From Rebecca billardiae RCC1528 (lineage: Eukaryota; Protista; Haptophyta): a stretch of DNA of 64,000 nucleotides. Numbering within the stretch: position 1 is the first letter of the stretch; every line of letters begins with the position of its first letter. Below the pieces are notes generated by a model, which was not told where the DNA came from, did no database searches, and was given only the letters and a program-made list of their open reading frames with translations. The position numbers and the translations under genes are program-made. The stretch covers positions 2,108,001 through 2,172,000 of the forward strand of contig OZ251227.1 of assembly GCA_965240325.2 (NCBI GenBank). The letters are read 5' to 3'. Of this stretch, positions 57,438-64,000 are shown in pieces.

Positions 57438-59604
57438 ATGGCCCGCGGTGCAGGGCGGAGCGCGTAGCGTGGAGCCCCGCCGGGGGCCCTCACTACGTTG
57501 TCAAAAAGCAGATCTTTTGATCAAAGAAAAGGGGACGGGGGACGATTTTGAGGGCTGTTGGAGGGTGAGTTTTCGCTTTTTCGAGGGGTACATTCGCCCA
57601 TTGCTCTGCATTAGCAAGACGCGATTGACGAAATAGCCGCGCCCGGGCCATTTCGCATATGTCGATGGACGGACGTGCATTTGTCAGTATATCTGGGTGA
57701 ACGAATCTGCGATTTGTTGTAAATCTTCATAGCATATTGCCGAATAGGACGAGGACCCAGCGCGTGCGCTGGAGGTCCTGGGCTCCTGGCAAAAAGTCTT
57801 CGTCAAGTACTCAACTTTACTAACGACGAACCTTTATTGCGCGCTGCCAAATTACTCAACTTTACACCTGAATGACCCCAGTGGGCGGAAATGGCCATAT
57901 CTCCCGGAGATCGGGAGTACTCACACGTGTGAGTCATGTTTCGTCCTTTTTTCCGAGACGTTGATTGGTCAAACGCTCAGCATTCCATGTCCACGATTCC
58001 ATATCGACACAACACAACTCCTACCAACCTGTGTACTAAAAACCTTGGGTTAGCTGCACAACGACCAATCAGCGCGCAGCGAGCGGAGAGACTCGAAAAC
58101 CGAGAATCACTCACGCATTTACTATGATGTTTGCTCTTCGCCCATGCCAACTTTGCTATTGACAAAAACGCAGCGGCTTGGTTACGACCCATAGAAAGAC
58201 GACCACCAATCAGCACACAGCAAACGAGACAACCTTCACTTTCGAGCGGGCGAAAGGAGCTTTGGCCTTCAACCCGCAGGCATATGCGTCTGGCGCTGGC
58301 CTTCGTTCGGCGCCCGAGCATCATCGGTAGACGTGTGGCGTGCCGGCCCACGGTCCGCCGCCCTCGCCCTGCTCATCTTCATCGTCTCCTCATCCTCCTC
58401 GTCGTCCGCGCCGCCGCCGTGCGCCAGCGCCTCCGCCAGCGCGGCGCCGCGCAGGTGCTCGCGGAACAGCACGACGGCGCCAGAGCGCGCCGGCCGGCGT
58501 GGCGCCGGCGGGCGGGCGCGCGGCGCTCAGCGCGGTGCCGAGCAGCCCTCCGAGCGCGCGCAGCTGCGCACCCGCCGGCAGCTCGAGCAGCGCCGCGTGG
58601 CACGCGCCCGCGCCGGCGGCGCCGAGCTCCGCGCACAGCACGGACAGCCCTCGTGCCCACGCCGCCGCGCGCCCGCCCGCGCCCGCGGCGTGCAGCGCGC
58701 CGAGCGCGGCGCCGAGCGCGGCGCGCGCTGCGGACGTGTCGGCGGCGCACAGCGCACCCGCCGCCGCGCCCAGTGCACACGCGGCACACGCGAGCAGCTT
58801 GAGCACGCTCGCGCATGCCAACTGCGAGTGCGGAGGCGCTGGGCGCCGAGCTGGCGAAGCGCGGCGCCGAGCTCGACGCGCTGCGCGACGCGGAGACGGA
58901 CGCGCTGGGCGCGCGTGGCGCCCTCGTCGCGACGCCCCGTGCAGCAGCTCGAGCAGCCAGCTGTGGAGTAGACGGCCGTCGAGGCGATCGGCGCCGGGCG
59001 CCAGCGCGCACGGGCTCAGCCCGTGCCGCTGGCTCGGGCCGCCGCAGCCGTCTTCGAGGCCGACGCGGCGGAGGAGGCGGCGGGCGAGCACGGCGGCGCG
59101 GTGGAGCAGGCGCGCACGCGCGGCGGCAGGCGCGACGCGCCGCTCGCCTCGTTCCACCCCGAGCTCCGCTCGGTCTCGGTGTGCGGCTGCCGGCAGCGCA
59201 GGCCGGGGCAGCACTGCGCGGCGCGCGCTCTCGCTCCGTCTGCCGGCACGAGGTGCGCCGGCTGAGTGAGCGACCAGCGGCCCATCGTCGAGCGCATGGC
59301 GCCGCGCGAGCACGTCAAGCAGACTGTGCGCCCGCACGCGCGCACGCGCTGGCCCGCGCCGCGCGGCGCCTATCGCCCTGCCTGCGCGCGCGCGCCGCCC
59401 CGCGGCGGCCGCTTCCCCGCGCGGCGGCCCGCCGGCGACAGTCCTCGGCCCGCCGGCCCGGTGGGCGGTAACTGAGTTGTGGCGGTGGCAGCTCCGAGGC
59501 AAACGAACTGTTACACATGTCCGACTGAGACAGCAGCCGACGGAGGGTGCACCGCGGGCCCCTAACTGCGTTGGTTCTACGGAAGGACCGCGGAACGCGG
59601 TCAT
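57438..59604 (+). mobile_element. Non-autonomous Helentron/Replitron-like element, copy 2 (head-to-tail, different interior)
   Basis: Shares the ~240-bp 5' end and ~66-bp 3' end (59539-59604) with copy 1; interior holds unrelated GC-rich coding-like fragments. Confidence 0.75.
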
Positions 59605-60932
59605 ATATCATCATCAATATGCTCAGCATGCGCACCCAAGATATGATGATGTTGGGAGCTGGTACCAAAAATGAGCGAGCAGTTCTATTTGGATTGGTCG
59701 TTACCATCAGCAGAAAGGACCTGCAGGATCTTGTATATGGCAGTTGGAGGGAGAGGGCTCTTGACCACCAGCGGCAAGTCACCTATCTTATTGCCGCCGG
59801 ACACCCTCGGTTATAGCTCCGCTATAACGCCACTACATATATATATATTCCTTTCAAGCATATATATATAGTAGCAGCTTACTCGTCCTCGAAGTCGATC
59901 GACGAGCGGCGTGCGCGCGCGAGGCACGGCCACGGGCCACGCGAGCGCGCAAGCGCGGCTCTTCCTAGCAGCGGCATAGCCCTGTACGGCCAGATGTCCA
60001 CCTCGCCAGACCCCACTCGTCCCCATACACACAACACAGGCCCGTTCGTGACACGGCCAAAGCCTGTGTTGTGTGTATGGGACAACACATAACTGTATGT
60101 GCCGTGGGCACAAACGGGCCAAAGCGGCCGGCTGTGGCACAAGGGCCCTCGTCGAGGAGGTCTACGCCGGTTGCGGGCGCACGTGCCGATGTGCGCAGCG
60201 CCGTCTGACAGCGATGTTGCATTCGCTGTGACGATGAGACTCTTCTGGACCCTGGTGATTCGCTCTTGTGATTAATGTGGACGTGCCGCGTGCGAGGCTT
60301 GGAGCTCCTTGAAGACTTGAATCTGACTGAGGGGCGGCAGCGACTGAATTCAGATCGGCAGTTCCGATGACCAGCAGTTAGCAGTACGTCATGCCCCCGT
60401 GCCTCTTCGGTCGCTCTCACTCGGCCAGCGAGGGCCCTACCCCTGTCGCCGCGGTCGCTCCTAGCTGACTCGGCCCTGCTGCAATGACTGGCCCGCCTGC
60501 AGCACCACGCCCCGCGCTCAGCCGCCGCGCTGTGGCCCGCACGCGCCGGCGCAAGACGAGAAGGTCCGGTCATTGCAGCTGGACCGAGTCAGCTAGGAGC
60601 GGATCCGCACCAGCCCGCGCCGTCGCCTGCTGCAGCTGGCGAATCACGTCATGGTCGCGCGCGCGTGTGGCCAGGGCGACGCTGCGCGCATGCGCCTGCC
60701 GCGCCTGCCGCTTCATCCACTGGCAACCGCACGCGCGGCCGGAAGCAGCTCGACAGGCACGCGGTGTGGCGCGTGCGCCTGCCGCAATACGCGAGTCCGC
60801 ATCGCGGCGCCCTCCCGCGCTCGACAGCGACCGAGCCGGAGGGTGACTGGTTGGTGCTTCTGGCAGTGGGGTGCACACGTATTTGTTGATGCGATCGTCA
60901 ACTTGAGTGGCGCCGAGCCGGTTGAGCACCCG

Positions 60933-63900
60933 ATGGTGCCCGGCGAGCCGCGGGCACGGGCGAAGCCGACGGCGGCCGAGCTGATGGATCAGGCGATGAC
61001 GGCATGGGAGTCCACCACGGACAGGATCCGTGTGACCCTCTCCTCCACCTCGGACGCCGCCAAGCCGCTCTGGGCGAAGGGCCTCTTCCAGCCGCAGCGG
61101 CCGCAGCCAGTCGCGAACGCGCTCGTGCACCGGCCGGTGGTGATCAAGGCGCATCCGCTCGACGTCCCGGCGCTGCGCGAAGACAACGAGATCCTGGCCT
61201 CGTACGTGGACGACCTGCCGGTGGGCATGGGCATCAAGGGCGGCATCGCGCGCAAGCTGGTGAAATGGCTGAGCGGCAAGGAGGAGCCCGCAGGCTCGTA
61301 CGACATCGACGTGATCGTGCTGGTCGACGAGGCGGAGCTCACGCCCGAGCGCAGTCTCGAGCTGCGCGGGCAGGTCACGGGCACGCGCTGCGGCGACCTC
61401 GTGCTCGAGGCGCAGGACGTCGAGATCCACCCGAAGGAGGAGCTCTATGAGTAGTACGCGCATGCGCACGCGCCGGCCGCGCGCCCTCGCCCTCGCGTGC
61501 GCGCGCGCCCTCGCGTGCGCGCGCGCGCGCGCGCGACGCGAGCGGCCGACGGCGGCGCGGTCCCGGCGGCGCGGCGTACCCCCCCTCCGCGCGCAGCTTC
61601 ATCACGCGCGACGTGACGCAGAACGAGGTGCTGCTCCTCAAGCGCGCGCCGCACGACGCGCTGCTGCTCTTCACGGAGGCGTGCGAGCGCGACTGTGCAG
61701 ACGAGCGCGCGACGCCCTCGGTGCACACGCTCTCGGCCGGGCTCAACCTCGTGTGGGACGTGGACGAGTTCGGGCGGCCGTTCGTCTCCGAGCACATCTT
61801 CACGCGCACGCTCATCCGCTACCTCAAGGGCCACGCGACGCAGTACGGCGTCGACGACGACACGTGGGCGCACTTCCGCGCGGACGGGCTGTCTCCGATC
61901 GCGCTGTACAAGATCCTGCGCCACTTCCACGACGACGACGCGCAGTACAACGCGGCGGTGGACCACCTCGTGCGGCAGGGCCTGCTGCACCGCTGGCTGC
62001 TGCGCTCGCTCGGCGGGCCCAACCAGCTGTGGGGCCAGCTGCTGCAGGCGATCAACACGGCGTGCGCGCGGTACGGCGGTCGGCTCAAGATGTCCGAGCT
62101 CGATCCCGAGGCCGTCGAGCAGTGGATCGCGAAGAAGAAGGCGCAGCTCGGGCAGAAGCTCGTGCACAACCGCACGCGCGGCCGGCGCATCGGCTTCGTG
62201 CCGCTCGAGGAGTCGGTGTACACGCTCGGCCTCGTCACCGTCCCGCCCGAGCTGCACGAGTACGTGGAGCGCGGCGCGACGTTCGGCGCGGCGCGCTCGG
62301 CCGCGGCCGCGGCGCGCCCGGCGCGCTCGGCGTTCGAGCGCATGCTCGCGCGCGCGCGCTCGGCGTCGAGCGCGCGCGGCGGCGCGGCCACGTCGACGGG
62401 CGCGCCTCACGACGCGGCCGGCGGCGCGCCGATCAGCCTGAGCACCCCGCTGCTCGGGCAGCAGAGCGGCAGCGGCAGGTCAGCGAGCGCGGCGAGTATC
62501 GACCCCGAGTCGGAGCCGGCCGAGGCGGCGATCCGCCGGGCCGTGCACTCTGAGTCGTCGGGGCGTGTGTCCGAGGACACGATGGCGCGCAGTCACGAGC
62601 TCGCGCTCACGGGCTCCCCCCCGCACGAGGCGTACATGGACAAGCTCGACACCGGCCTCTTCCAGGCCGCGGCGGCGCACGAAGCGGACGCGGCGCACGG
62701 CCGGCCGGCGGGCGACGCGCAGAACGACCCGGCGGACGAGATGGTGGTGCGCTCGTACGCGCGCGCGCACCTCTCGCACGCCGAGCTGCTGAGCTTCGTG
62801 CTCGGCGTGATCTGGCCGTTCCGCCGCGTCATGTGCGCCGCGTACCTCTGCCTCTTCGCCGCGCTCGGCCTGCGGCTGCTCACCTCAAAGGCGGAGGGCG
62901 ACGCGCTCAACCTGCTGCAGGCGGGCGACGCCGCGGGCTTCTGGCAGCAGTTCAACACGGTCGCGGCGGTGTGGACGGGCTCGGTGGTGCTCGAGCTCGT
63001 GGGGAACGTGGTGATGCAGCTCTTCGCGCGGCGCTCGATGCAGCACCTCTTCACCCGGCTCTTCAACCACCTGATCCACCAGGACGCCGACTTCTTCCAC
63101 GCGCTCACGCTCGGTGAGATCTGCTCGAGATGCTCGGGGGATAGCCTCACGCTGAAGGGCATCATCAGCTCGACGCTCTTCGAGGTGGTGGCGGGCGGGG
63201 TGCAGGCGCTCGCGGCGATGGTGCTGCTGATGGTCGAGGCGCGCGCGCTCTTCCGGCACAAGCCGAGCATGGTGCTCGCCGCGCCGATCGCGCTCGGCCT
63301 CGAGGTCGCGTACTCGGTGCTGTTCGGCGCGCTGTTCGCCCACCCTCTCAACCACGTCGCTCGCTCGTCGCTCGGCCGGATGTACGGCTTCCTGTTCGAC
63401 ACGTTCTCGCAGCTGCCGACGGTGCAGGCGCTGGGGATGATGCGCCGCCAGGCGGCGGACTACTGCCGCTTCGTCGAGCACTACTGGGTGCACCGGCTGT
63501 ACCTCGACGTGTGGCTCTCCTCCGAGCGCTTCTTCTCGTCGGGCGTGGGCGTGGTGCTGGTGCTCGCATTCATCGCCACGCTCGCCGATGCGTACGAGGC
63601 GCGCGCGGTCGTGGGGATGGGCACGATCTACGCGGTGCTGCGCTACCTGCACGCGATGCAGCGCGGGATCAAGACGCTCTCCGACGCGAGCGCGCGCATC
63701 TCCGCCTCGCTCGGCTCGGTCGAGCGCCTCGTCCAGATGCACAACGCGGGCAAGTTCGTCTCCCCGCGGCTGGGCGCCTCGGAGCCGCAGCCGGCGCCGC
63801 GCGCCTCGGGCTCGTCGAGCGGACACGGCGAGCCCTCGCCGCTCGCGCCGCCGGCGGCGGCCGAGCTGCGCTCGATCACCGGCGGCGTGCGGCTGGTGAG

Positions 63901-64000
63901 CTGCCACTTCTGCTTCCGGCAGAAGTCCGACGTCACCGTGCTGCACGCCGTCTCCCTCCAGCTGATGCCCGGCGCGATCGTCGCGCTCACCGGCCACTCT
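60933..64000 (+). CDS. Nucleotidyltransferase-like domain fused to an ABC exporter (TMD + NBD), truncated at the 3' end by the window; intron 61454-61596
   Basis: KGGIARK...YDIDVIV...EY|FITRDVTQNEV; the frame stays open from 61597 to the window end through the ABC TMD (LFNHLIHQDADFF...GEICSRCSGD, LPTVQALG) and the NBD start (VLHAVSLQLMPGAIVALTGHS). Confidence 0.85.

Noticed and set aside
61452-61454. TAG ending a stand-alone 60.9-61.4 kb gene, or stop-codon readthrough
   Set aside because: The TAG overlaps a GT donor; splicing to the AG at 61596 restores Tyr and joins NTase motifs A and B

Overview
Very GC-rich eukaryotic genomic DNA with short GT-AG introns that typically read gtgcgcgc...cgcgcag. 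A signal-peptide plus transit-peptide protein suggests an alga with a complex plastid, possibly a haptophyte (inference). Compact gene blocks (1-14.6 kb, 24-28.4 kb, 30.4-37.3 kb) alternate with blocks of non-autonomous DNA transposons (14.6-23.7 kb, 37.8-50.4 kb, 54.6-60.8 kb). Recognisable genes are VAMP7, ARL3, a patatin, a DUF4336 protein, an SGNH/PC-esterase, a copper type II monooxygenase and an intronless bacterial-type two-domain glycosyltransferase. The main novelty candidates are: (1) a spliced gene fusing a CCA/poly(A)-polymerase-like nucleotidyltransferase domain to an ABC exporter (60.9 kb to the window end); (2) a signal peptide-PA-7TM-TIR-like receptor, plus a second membrane-embedded TIR-like protein; (3) four unrelated fold-back elements that all measure about 1.1 kb, with readable TSDs and nesting; and (4) tandem Helentron/Replitron-like elements carrying different cargo. 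No intact transposase, rRNA, tRNA or CRISPR array was found. All domain calls come from motifs recognised by eye, not from database searches.
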